From assembly GCF_011386835.1 (NCBI RefSeq), contig NC_088791.1, positions 347,820,001-347,884,000 on the forward strand: 64,000 bases of DNA, read 5' to 3'. The notes under the pieces were generated by a model, which was not told the DNA's origin, searched no databases, and worked only from the letters and a program-made list of their open reading frames with translations. Positions within the stretch are counted from its first letter, which is position 1. Each line of letters opens with the position of its first letter. The translations under genes were made by a program, and so were the position numbers. Origin of the DNA: Chrysemys picta bellii. Its lineage: Eukaryota. Below are positions 53,106-64,000 of the stretch, one piece after another.

Positions 53106-54879
53106 CTGGAGCTGGATGAATAAGGTGTGTTGAGTAACTTTCCCAACCTGCTCTTATAACACAGGCCACACAACAAAGTTCAAACTTTCCCCTGTTCTGG
53201 GATTTGGTTTATTAACAACGAAATTAATGATAACAAAATATATAGCTCAGTTCAAACTTTCCCCTCGCCTGGCATGCTCTTACGGTTCCTCCTGCTGCAT
53301 TGCTCAGCCCACACCTTTGGTCCTCTCGCTCTAGAGAGCCACACCCACTTCCTGCATGTCCTGATGAAGTAACCAGTCACCAGAACCTACTTGATCCTAT
53401 TGGGAAAGGGTTAACCTTTGCTGACAGGATGGAGCGTGCCAGGCAAACGGACCTTGTGCCTACACACAAAAGTGCTGTGATCAGTTATCAGCTGGGAAAC
53501 TTGTGCAAATGGAGCCACCACCATTCATCAGCGCAGGTGCAGTCCACTGAGTGGCAAACAGTCCTCCCACTGGTGTCCCACGGCGCACTGCACAAGTGGC
53601 CTGTCTGGCCATCTTTCTGCATGTCGCTGCCCAAGCGTCAACATAGCTGAAAGCTCCGGACAGTCAGTGCTGCACAAAACATGGGGCTCTGCTACACATC
53701 GTTTTCAGAGCAGGCTGTTTCATCTGGAGACTGAGCTTCCCCAGCCACGCCAGTGAATATTCCCCATAACCCACCTCACTCAAAGGGCTTGGTGACCCTT
53801 TCGTGAATGAACTAGCACGAGGATATTTGTTTTAATTATTCACCCAGCACAGCTCATCCTGCTGACAAGGCTGGTGGAGTTGGACGTACATTTCATCTCG
53901 TAGCTGACAGTCATGTGAACACAAACCATTGCATTGTTTGGGTTATGAAGAAAAAGGGAAGTGTGCATATAAACCCTAGGGCCACTGCAGCTCAGGTTGT
54001 GTGCGACGGGTCTGCAACAGGCAACACCACCCAACGAGAGAGGCATTGGCAGTGACTCCACAGTTACCGCTGCACTGAGATTTGCACTTAAAACAGGACC
54101 GCGGTCCCTCTGTTACAACACATGTTCACGAGTGGGCTTAAATCTCTGCATTTCCCACCCTGACTCTCCAGGGGTCATGTGAATTTTCTATCCTGTTGTG
54201 CGAGTTATACTTTGACTCTTTAGCAGAGGAAACGTTTTAAAATCATCCAAAACGTGGCTCTATCTGGCTCCCTCTCGCTAAGCAGCTGTAGAAGGCCAAA
54301 TCCATTGGCGCAACAGTGACACCAACGTACACACCAGCCGAACAGCTGGCTGGGCTCCATTATACTAACAGCTCGTAGATAAGGGAACGGCTCCGTGTTT
54401 TTACTGAAGCACCAAAATGGCTGTTTTCCTTGTGCCGGAGTTTTTATCTCCAGGAAAAGCACCTGGAACTGCTCAGATCCTTCAGCTGCTTCCCTTACCG
54501 ATCATGGCCCCCCCACCTCACGAACTCTCCTCCCTGGCTCCTGGCTATAGACCTCACAGCAGCTCACCCTAGCTACCTCCGGACTCCCCCCTTCCCTCTA
54601 GCTCCGGCAGCCTTGGCAGCTGAGTCCAAGGCAGGCCTTTTTGTCAGGCCTGGATCCACCTTCTGGCAAAGGACAGGAGTTTCCCTTGAGCAAAGCAGCG
54701 GGGCTCTGCCAACTTGGGCTGCAACTTTTCCCATCTCTAGGACTGCAGTAAATTACCCCCCCCCCCCTGCAACTATCACAGCCATGAGGAAGGAGGCTGC
54801 AGGATAACCAGAGTCCACCGTGCGGTCTAGTGGTTTGGATTCAGATGTAGGATTCAGTCCCTGTCTGAGACAGCGGGAG

Positions 54880-55230
54880 ATGGGGGGGTCCAGTCCCCCT
54901 GTCTGAGATGGGTGGTTCAGTCCATGTGTCTGAGCTGGTTGGGGGATGGGGAGATCTGATCCCCATGTCTGAGCCCGTGGGGGGATGACAATCCCCATGT
55001 GTGATGGGGAATCCTGGCCCCGTGTCTGGGATGGGGGGATGGGCGGTTTGGGCCCTGTGTCTGGGATGGGGGGGTCCAGGCCCCATGTCTGGGATGGGGG
55101 GGTCCAGGCCCGATGTGTGAGGTGGGAAGATGGGGGGATCCCGGTCCAGTGTCTGAGATGGGGGGGTCTGGGCCCCATGTTTGGAATGGAGGGATGGGGG
55201 GTCGGAACGGCTACGGGCCCCGTGTCTGGG
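54880..55230. repeat. Minisatellite, about 25-nt unit
   Basis: Repeats of cccc(a/g)tgtctg(a/g)gatgggggg(g)t. Confidence 0.75.
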
Positions 55231-55249
55231 ATGGCGCGGCTGTAGCGCC

Positions 55250-55975
55250 ACCAGCCACCGGTGCTCCAGGCAGCACGGTAAGGGGCCAGGGAGTGGCGGG
55301 GGGAGTTTGGATAGAGGGCAGGGGAGTTCGGGGTGGTGGTCAGGGGGCGGGGGTGTGGATGGGGGCAGGGCAGAGAACAGGGGTTGAATGGGGCACGGGT
55401 CCCAGGGGGGCAGTCAGGAAGGAGGGGGGGTTGGATGGGGCGGCAGGGGACAGTCAGGGGCAGGGGTTCCAGGGCCGGTCAGGGAGAAGGGGGGGGTGAA
55501 TGGGGCAGCGGTCCCAGGGGGGCAATTAGGAATGAGAGGGGGGGATGGGGGTTCTGGGGCAGTCAGGGAGAAGGGGGGTTGGATGGGGTGGCAGGGGGCA
55601 GTCGGGGCGGGGGTCCCGGGGGCGGTGAGGGAGGAGGGGGGCAGTCGGGGCAGGGGTCCCGGGGGCGGTGAGGGAGAAGGGGGGGTGGATGGGGTGGCGG
55701 GGGGCAGTCGGGGCGGGGGTCCCGGGGGCGGTGAGGGAGGAGGGAGGCAGTCGGGGGTGTCCCGGGGGCGGTGAGGGAGAAGGGGGGGGTTGGATGGGGT
55801 GGCGGGGGGCAGTCGGGGCGGGGGTCCCGGGGGCGGTGAGGGAGAAGGGGGGGGATGGGGTGGCGGGGGGCAGTCGGGGGGGGGTCCCGGGGGCGGTGAG
55901 GGAGGAGGGGGGTAGTCGGGGGGGTCCCGGGGGCGGTCAGGGGCAGCGAGCGGGGGGGGGGGGTAGATCGGGGCT
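55250..55975. repeat. G-rich compound tandem repeat, probably derived from a hAT-MITE interior
   Basis: Units such as gggggcagtcggggcgggggtcccgggggcggtgagggag recur; similar motifs occur inside the MITEs at 1543 and 37067. Confidence 0.65.
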
Positions 55976-56094
55976 CCGGGCCCCGTGTCTGGGGCGGGGG
56001 GGGTCCGGGGAGCTGTGGAAAACGCCTCAGGGCAGCCTGCCCACGATCCACTTCTCGGTTGTTGCTTGTACTTGTCTGAATTCCCCCCATCTGA

Positions 56095-56380
56095 GCGCTG
56101 ATTGGCTCCCCATACGCACGTGACGGCAGGGGGGCCGCTCTCTCCGGACTCCGCCCTCTCGCTGCGGCCCTCCCCGTCCCGCGAGTGTCACTCGGCGTTC
56201 GATTGGCTCGGCCTCCTCACGTGCGGCGGGGGCCCGGGTCCGCGCTCGCCATTGGCGCTCCGGGTCACGTGTCCGGAAGCGGGGAACGGGAAGGGCGAGT
56301 GAGTGGCTGCCCCCTCCCTCCCCGCAGGGTTGTTTGTTGGCTGGAGGGGCGGGCGCCGCTGCTCATGTGATCGGGGCGGC
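56095..56380 (+). promoter_or_regulatory. LAMTOR1 CpG-island promoter with CCAAT boxes, E-box/CLEAR-like motifs and an ETS site
   Basis: ATTGG near 56101, 56202 and 56251; CACGTGAC 56117-56124; TCACGTG 56217-56223; GTCACGTG 56264-56271; CCGGAAG 56273-56279; TCATGTGA 56363-56370. Confidence 0.7.
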
Positions 56381-56453
56381 AGGGCCCCAGCCGGACACCG
56401 TAGCGCGTCCCTCCCCTCCCCCTCCCCGGAGACCGGCCCCGCCGCGCTCGGCC

Positions 56454-56495
56454 ATGGGGTGCTGCTATAGCAGCGAGAACGAGGCCACCGACCAG
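56454..56495 (+). CDS. LAMTOR1: Ragulator subunit LAMTOR1 (p18), coding exon 1; later exons not found in the window
   Basis: Strong Kozak gccATGG; MGCCYSSENEATDQ then a GTGAG donor. Matches the LAMTOR1 N-terminus (Gly2 myristoylation, Cys3/Cys4 palmitoylation) and the synteny. Confidence 0.92.
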
Positions 56496-56579
56496 GTGAG
56501 GGGCGGCGATGCGGGGGGATGAGCCGTGGGGCGGGGGGAGGCCTGGCTGTCCGGGGGGGGCAGGGTGTGTGGAGGGGGG

Positions 56580-56945
56580 GGTCCCTGGGAGGGGCTAAGT
56601 GGAGGTCTCTGGGAGGTGGGAGGGGCTGGGTTGGGGTGTCCAGGGGAGGGGGTTACTGTGGGGAGGGGCTAGGTGGGGGTGTTGGGGGTCTCTGGGAGGT
56701 GGGAGGGGCTGGGTTGGGGTGTCCAGGGGAGGGGGTTACTGTGGGGAGGGGCTAGGTGGGGGTGTTGGGGGTCTCTGGGAGGCAGGAGGGGCTGGGTGGG
56801 GGTGTTGGGGGTCTCTGGGAGGCGGGAGGGGCTGGGTTGGGGTGTCCAGGGGAGGGGGTTACTGTGGGGAGGGGCTAGGTGGGGGTGTTGGGGGTCTCTG
56901 GGAGGCGGGAGGGGCTGGGTTGGGGTGTCCAGGAGAGGGGGTCAC
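56580..56945. repeat. G-rich minisatellite, about 65-nt unit, in LAMTOR1 intron 1
   Basis: Repeats of ggtctctgggagg(t/c)gggaggggctgggttggggtgtccaggggagggggttactgtggggaggggctaggtgg. Confidence 0.8.
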
Positions 56946-57799
56946 TGAGGGGTCTTTGGGCAGGTTCAGGGTGTCAGGAGAAGCAGTGCTGTGGTGAGCG
57001 GGAGGGGAGAGAGCAAGGGGCTGGAGAAGAAGAATGACTGGGGGCCACAGTCGCTGGGGAAGCAAAGGGTCAGAGAGGAGCTATGGGTAGGGGTGGGGCC
57101 TGCTATGGAAGAAGAGGTCCTGGGGAGAAGGTGAGTGGGGTTTGGGGAGAGGGTGTCTTCTTGCCAGGCTGTGACTCCCCAGAGATGGGGTCACTCTCCC
57201 CACCCACCGGGAGTCCAAGCGGCATCGTGTTTGCTGGCTGGCCTGACCTCTTTCTGGGGGAGGTCCCAAGCTGGGGAAGAAAGTCCCAGCATGCAACTGA
57301 GAGTAGGGGCCCTGGGACAGTAGGGATTTCATGGGAGGGAGGAGGAGAGGGTGCTTTCTGTCTGATCTTTCCCCAGGTGGGGAGGGCAGGGGAGTCAGGG
57401 TGTTTGCGGGGAGGGGGCCATTGGGAAGGGGCTGTTACAAACCAGCTGAAGAATTCTGTTCCTGATGAGCATCTGTGACCGTCCCTTTGGAAGGTTTCTG
57501 GGATTGGTTCCCCAGCATCTGAACTCAAATGGTCCCTCTGGGGGGAAGGCAGAGGGCAAAGGCAGGGCACTAACTGGTCTATCCAGTTCCTGGGAAACTT
57601 TCCCTTGTTTGGTTCGCTGGCTCCTGGGTGGGGGAGGGAATCTGCCTCTGTTTTATGATTTGGCTTAGCTAATGAGTTACCAGTTCCAGAAAATGGGAAA
57701 CCAACTCTTTCCAGGAGAAATTCCTGCCCCTGGGGCATTTGTCACCCTGTTTGGACTGGGTTTAATGGCTGTCTCCAGCCAGCGGCCAGGGTCTCCAGT

Positions 57800-58080
57800 A
57801 GTACGCAGTCACATACTGGTGATGGGTTGGGAATGAGATATGGAGCCTTTCTCCTCCAAAACCACCAAGTGCCATCTGGTGGTGGTCGGTTCATGAGCTA
57901 TGCAGAAGGTTTAGCAACCTCATTTAGACTGCAGTTGACCTCCAAAAACCTACCAGCATAATTGACACTGTAACTGTTCCCCTTGCTGCTGGTCTCAGCA
58001 GAGAGGCCATAGATAGAATGATCCATGGAGACTGAATTTCCATCTCATGCTCACGGCTCGTTTTTCCGGAGAGGAACTGA
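57800..58080 (+). mobile_element. Ancient SINE, LF-SINE-like
   Basis: ggtctcagcagagaggccatagatagaatgatccatggagactgaa resembles the LF-SINE core as recalled; upstream degenerate tRNA-like segment. Confidence 0.5.
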
Positions 58081-59283
58081 GCCAGCAGACAGGGTGTGGG
58101 GCTGTGTCCCAGACTGTCTCCATTAGGTGGCTAAAGGGCTATTCACCATCTGGAAATGCACCCCCATGCAAGTGAGAGACTTCGGAGGACCACAAACAGC
58201 CACATCTCGGTTCACGTGGGGTGTGGGGGGGTTGTGGCTTGTTTCATTCTTTGGCTTGTTTCCAAACCATAATGGACAAAATACAGAGATGGAGTCATCA
58301 GTGACTCTAGCTTCAATGTAACTGGGTACCAAGGTATCCCTTGGGAGTTTCTGTATTGTTAAAATGTACATCAGTGTGTTTTAGTATGGGGCTGTGGTTA
58401 GACATGCTTTGGAAAGAAGCCAGGAAAGATCTCCGAAAATGCTGGAGTGTGTCTTGCCAGAAAGATGATAAAGGTGGGGCCTGGAGGGTGGGGTGAGGAG
58501 TGGAAGAGATTCCCCTTGTCCCAGCAGGGAGGGGGCTGATTTTATTGCCTGCAAAGCCAAGGGCCTCCATCATATCCTAAGGAAATGGGGCCCTATGGAC
58601 TTGCAGTGAGCTCCCCACTAGGGGATGACTGGAGGGGACAATTTGGGCCCAGGATGATGGCAAACCCTTGGGACTAGTGAGGGTGTTTGTGAAAAGACAT
58701 GGATGGAGCTTGGCCTCATCCTCTGGGATTTGAAGGACATGGCTGGGTTATTAGGAGTTAGGATTTAACAGTGTGGGCTCAGAACCAATATATTTGAGAA
58801 CTTGCACGGCAGGGCAGTCTATAAACACGTGCTACGGTGATTAAAGTGAAGTCTAGGCACTCCTCTAGACTTCTACTCAACCATCTTAATGCGTGCTAAG
58901 CACAGCTTGCCTCGCCTATGCTAGCGTTCTCGGGTGCGCTTGCTGAGACTTTCCACCAACAGCCCTTTAACCCTAGTCTACACAGAGCCCTGGCTGTGAA
59001 TGTAGGGCCAAGAGATTCAGGCCTTGTCCCCACTCAGGTGGTCAGTAACAACGTAGCTACATAAAAGCCCGGTTGTGGGTGTGTTGTATTAGTGTACGCC
59101 CAGAGCAGCGAGTGAGGCCGTCCCAGTGTGGGAATGAGAACCAGTCATTCTGCCTTCAAAAACTTTCGCAACAGTGGACAGGCAGGAGTGACTTGAATTC
59201 CAGTGTCCTCTTCTTTGTAGCTGTTGTTGTCAGTAGCTACCGGTGTGGTGCTCTGCTCTTGTTCGGTTATGATAACAGTCGGT

Positions 59284-59935
59284 TGTTTGCGTGTTCCCTC
59301 TGCGCGCTGCCCCAGCTCTGCGCAGATCGCTGACACAGCAGACCCCGCGAGAACCCCCAGTGACCACAGACTCTAGTAAGTGACAATAAACCTGGCTCAG
59401 GTTCCTTCGTACAACAAAGCACAGTAATAGTTTCCTATAGACTCTACAGGACGTATTACGAATCTGTGCCCCCGGCAATGGACACAGCTCAGTCAGTGGC
59501 AGGACTGTCCACTGCCCCCTAGGCTGGCCAAAGATGCGCACTCTGGGACGTACTTTTATACAGTTACAGGACAGATAACTCATCCCTACTGACGTATTGA
59601 GGTACAGCCCCTTGGCTCATTAGGGTGCTGTCACCCCCCTTTGATCATGTTTTTTCAGACAAACAGATCTATCCATCATGCTGTACTTTTGACTCTGTCT
59701 TTAAGATACACCAGCCTGTTCCTTGTTATGTCTATGGAGTGTCCTTGTATCGGACTGTCCAGGTGCCATCTTGGCACAAGTTCCTCTTATATGTTAAGCA
59801 CCTGCTTCTAACGACCTTCTTCTCACCAACTTCTGTGAGCGGGGCCTGCCTCTGGCTCACAGCCCAGCTTTTGCTTAGCAGTGCCTGGAAGTACTTTGGT
59901 TCAGGCTTCAGTCCTCAGACTAGGCCTCTGACACA
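59284..59935 (-). mobile_element. LTR-like element related to 7990-9808; boundaries approximate
   Basis: Shared gcgctgccccagctctg.gcaga block; minus strand begins TGTGTCAG. No TSD resolved. Confidence 0.45.
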
Positions 59936-62934
59936 AGAATTTATATTTCAGGGCCTCATCTTACTACAGCTGTCTAGCTCTGTGCCATCCCAAATTGCCG
60001 TTCATCGGTTCTCAGCCCAGGCACCACTATACGCAGTCATCCAGTGGAAGCCAAAAGGTTATGGGGCTGCCGGTGGGACAGCTATTAATAGCTGAACTTT
60101 AATGAAAGAGTCTGATCCTTGGCCACAGCGTGAGCAGCTGCTCCTCAGACTTTGTTTACTTCCCCAACTGATGCTCCCTGCCCCATGGCCTTGGGGGTCT
60201 ACAGGGAATCTTCTGTTTTCTAGTGTGTGTTAAAACTGTTTACTTTTGCTGGGGTACACAGCAGTCACCTGCCGAGAATGCAGCAGAATCACCACATTCA
60301 GCCGGGTAGAACTGGCTTTTTTTCCACTACATGGCAAACCGGATCTGAAATCAGGTACAGAAGCCTAGAAATAAGAGCAGAGGTTTGTGGGACACTTCCC
60401 GCCCCACGTGCTCTGGTCAGTGTCGGATTATTCTCTGCAGTGTAGTTGCTACTGTCTTGCCCGGTCTAGTTTATGGGCTTGTCTTGAGTAGGATGTAGCT
60501 AGCATGTGTTGGCCGAAACGGATCTTTTCCCTCAGTCAAATGAAACCTCAATTGTCTCAACACCGGAGTTGTCACTGCTTCCCCTAGGACACTAGTGTCC
60601 AGCTGACCAGATCTCATCCTAGGAAGGCTCTCCCTAAGATTCAGCCTAAATCTTCTTTCATGTCATTATTGTAGCCCTGTGGAATCACCACGGAAACATA
60701 TCCAGCCAGGCACTCCCCCTTTGCCATGATTAAAAGCCACGGCAGCTTAGTTGATTGGCTGAGTCAGACGTGCCAGACAAATGGATGAGTAGAACTTCCC
60801 ATGGCAGCTTTAGTCTGGGGTTGTAACCTCAAGTGCCTCTGCATTCCTGTCTCTCCTGGGGTGTGCACCGTCCATAGAGTTGTTTTGCATCTATCATGTG
60901 TACCCCCTGCATCCCCTTATTTAGCCAAACTGTGTGCACTTACGTGTGGCTCCTTCTCCCATTGAAGTAAATGGCAAAGCTTTCATGGATCTCGCCTTTA
61001 GTCTTTAATCTCTCCTCATAAACTAGCCTCTCCCTTAATCACCTTGTTCGCCGCTCTGTCCATCTTTCCGGCGTTGTCCAGACCTGGATGCAATCGCATT
61101 GGAACTGTTCAGACTGGGATGCTGGGGACTAAATTTAAAGTGCATTGAGCCCAGGAGTACTAAATGCAAAATACGGCACCACCCGTGAACTAAGGGTGCA
61201 AACAGGTGCAGAGGACTGGACTAGCCAGGCAGGTGTCGACAGACTTCTCTATTGCTCTTCAAACTCTCAGCCTTCATCTCTAAAACAAACAAATCTCCAG
61301 CTGGTCTGGCTGGGCAAAACCTCTCCAAACTGTGAGGTGAGTGTTACAGACATCTTCCTGAGTTTGCAGAAGGCCTGAAACAGGAGCTCTGAGGTGTGAG
61401 CTGCCCCAGGCATTCGTGGGGGCCGTCTCTAGTGCCACTGGCACTTTAGGGTAAGCTATTTCACAGCTCCACTGAGCATTGGAGGAAGGAGAGGGAGGAG
61501 CGTGCTATGAAGAGCTACCCCAGTGTTTCACAAGTGAGGAAGAGGAAAGACTAGTTATGGTGGCACGAAGGAGGTTTGAGATAAGATGGGTGGGTCTAGT
61601 GGGGGGTATGATTGCTTCAAACCCTCTTCTTACAGGTGGGCTCCGCTTTGGAAGTTTGGCTTTGGGGGCTGGCTGGCTCCTCTAATCACCCACTGGCTGC
61701 TCCAGACCAGGGATTTCTAACGCACCCATTGCTGTGCTCAGGTGGTGCTGTTCCCTCCCCACGCCGGGATACTGCCTGTGGACTGTGCTGCGAGCCTGCC
61801 TAGCCCAGGGTAGCACAGCCCTGCTCTCCCATGCAGCACAGCAAAGCTTAGGATCCACCGCCAGCCAGGAGATGGGGGAAGTGATGGCGAAGAGTTGCTG
61901 GTGCGTTTGTCCGTAGTAGCCGTGGTAACCCTTGACAGCTGACGCGCTGCAGGAGCCTGCGCTCAGCTGCCTGGTGGCTCGGAATCTTCCTTCTTCATCG
62001 TGTCGGGTTCTTGGCAATAACTTGAATCGAATCCAGAAGTCAGGCCAACCTCCAGGCTGGAGGAAACTGACTCATGGGAATTAGAGCAGAAAAAGATCTA
62101 ACCGTTCATCTGGGCCAACTCCCTGCAAGCGCAGGACTGTTCCCTACAGCATGAATTCCCCCTCCGACCTCCTCCCTCATGTTACCCTTGTTCCACTAAC
62201 CTCCCCGCTCCTTGGTGTCTACACCTCTTAGCTACCTGCCTCTTTCTCCCTTAGCCATTGCTCAGCCAAGCTGTGTTTAGCTAGCTTCACCTTCCTTCCT
62301 GTGGTCCCTCCTGCTCTCTGGTCACGTAGCCTCTCTTCTGCAATTTGTCAGTGTTTTCCTGGTAATGAGGTGCCCTGTGGTGGTTGCCTGCCTTTCCTGA
62401 ACGAATGCCAATGCAGTGGTGCTGCTGGAGGTGGGGAGATGCCGCTCGTAGCTAGCAAGAAGCTGGAGGGGAAGGGAAAAATACAAAGCTTGAAGCAAGG
62501 CTAGTCGACGCTATACTGCGCTATCGCAGACCTGAAAATGGGTATTCTTCTTACAGCTTGACTGTGGGATTTGATATCCCAGTTTACACTAGGAATCCAT
62601 CTGCCGCAATATCCCCTGATGCTTTAGAGCGGCGGAGGGTGTGGGAATATAATACAATACCATGCTACCAGGTGGGGAAGGGAGAGGGGGATGTCCACCC
62701 CTGGCCATCAGAGCAGCAGCCGAAGCAGGATTTGTTTATTCGGGCCATGTTATATAGAAGACACTAAATTCTCCAGCTGCAGTATCGGGCTCTGCATCCT
62801 GGGGCAGAGGGTTCCACAGGATAAGGAGTTAGAGGCACATCTGCCTTTCTGTCCCTGGCTCAGAGCAGAGCCCTGGACTTCAGCAGCTCACTGACTAATG
62901 TAAACGGATTTTATTTTTCAGCTGAGATTCAGCT

Positions 62935-63531
62935 CATAGACTCCTAGACTTTAAGGTCAGAAGGGACCATTATGATCATCTGGTCTGACCCCCTGCATGC
63001 TGCAGGCCACAAAACCGTCCCTACCCCTTCCCTTGACTCTGCTGTTGAAGTCCCCAAATCCTGTGTTTTAGTGACTTCAATTGGCAGAGAACCTTCCTGC
63101 TAGCGATCCCTGCCCCATGCTGCGGAGGAAGGCGAAAAACCTCCAGGGCCTCTGCCAATCTACCCTGGAGGAAAATTCCTTCCCGACCCCAAATATGGCA
63201 ATCAGTAAGACCCCGAGCATGTAGGCAAGATTCTCCAGCCTGACTCCTGTTAGCCATTATACTATTTACCTGCCATTGCTTGGTATTCCTTGGCTAATAT
63301 GTTTTACCATTAAACCATTCCCTCCATAAACTTATCTAACTTAATCTTAAAACCAGACAGGTCCCTCGCCCCCACCGTTTCCCTCGGAAGGCCATTCCAA
63401 TATTTCACCCCTCTGACGGTCAGAAACCTTCATCTAATTTCAAGCCTGAACTTCCCCACGGCCAGTTTATATCCATTCGTTCTAGTGTCCACATTAGTAC
63501 TAAGCTGGAATAATTCCTCTCCCTCCCTTGT
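62935..63531 (-). mobile_element. CR1 LINE 3' fragment
   Basis: Plus strand begins catagactcctagactttaaggtcagaagggacc; minus-strand remnant RTNGYKLAVGKFRLEIR*RFLTVRG. Confidence 0.85.
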
Positions 63532-63567
63532 ATATCCCAGCTAAAGAGTGAGATCCAAATTCTAGGA

Positions 63568-63799
63568 CAGTGGTTCTCAACCGGGGTCGGGGGCCTCAAG
63601 CAGGTTTCAGGGGGGCCACCAAGCAGGGCCAGCATTAGACTCGCTGGGGCTCAGGGCAGAAAGCCGAAGCCCCACTGCATGGGGCTGAAGCGCAGGTCCC
63701 TGAGCCCCACCACCTGGGGCTGAAGCCGAAGCCTGAGCAATGTTGGGGAGGGAGGTGTGTGGTGGGGGGGCTCAGAAAGAAAAAGATTGAGAGCCCCTG
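63568..63799. mobile_element. hAT MITE
   Basis: CAGTGGTTCTCAA start, TTGAGAGCCCCTG end; perfect TSD ttctagga at 63560-63567 and 63800-63807. Confidence 0.8.
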
Positions 63800-63807
63800 T
63801 TCTAGGA

Positions 63808-64000
63808 CAGTGTTTTTCAAACCGTGGGTCGCAACCCACTGCTGAGTCGCTGGCTCGCCTTGCTCTAGTGAGCACCGCTGACCAAGACGTTAAAAGTCCC
63901 ATTGGCGGTGCTGCCTGGCTAAGGCCGGCTAGTGCCTACACGTTCCGATACCGCGCTGCATCCCAGAAGCAGCCAGCAGCGGGTCTGGCTTCTAGGCAGG
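63808..64000. mobile_element. Second hAT MITE, left end only; runs off the window
   Basis: CAGTGTTTTTCAAACCGTGGGTCGC begins immediately after the TSD copy at 63800-63807. Confidence 0.7.

Noticed and set aside
56299-56327. GTGAGT...cccgcAG mini-intron in the LAMTOR1 5' region
   Set aside because: 29 nt is far below the workable vertebrate intron size.
56496-64000. LAMTOR1 exon 2 or LRRC51 exons
   Set aside because: I found no frame encoding a DREERKLLLDP-like or leucine-rich-repeat sequence; these presumably lie beyond the window.

Overview
Vertebrate genomic DNA, almost certainly from a turtle, judged by tortoise-type tRNA/CR1 SINEs, turtle-type Penelope, CR1, hAT and Harbinger repeats. 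It is syntenic to human 11q13.4, in reversed orientation. Six protein-coding loci were reconstructed by hand with GT-AG junctions and consistent frames: a folate receptor (-, first two coding exons, rest off the left edge), ANAPC15 (+, complete, 121 aa), TOMT (-, complete, 259 aa), a TIPARP/PARP7 paralogue (-, CCCH-WWE-PARP, about 547 aa, 5' end uncertain), an SFRP2-like gene (-, complete, 291 aa, candidate Tlc/sfrp2l) and LAMTOR1 (+, exon 1 only). The TIPARP-like and SFRP2-like genes lie between TOMT and LAMTOR1, where humans have no such genes. The rest is dense with transposons, many with readable target-site duplications (TSDs). Two Penelope fragments each carry a minimal hammerhead ribozyme motif. 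Family assignments rest on recalled reference sequences, not on database searches.
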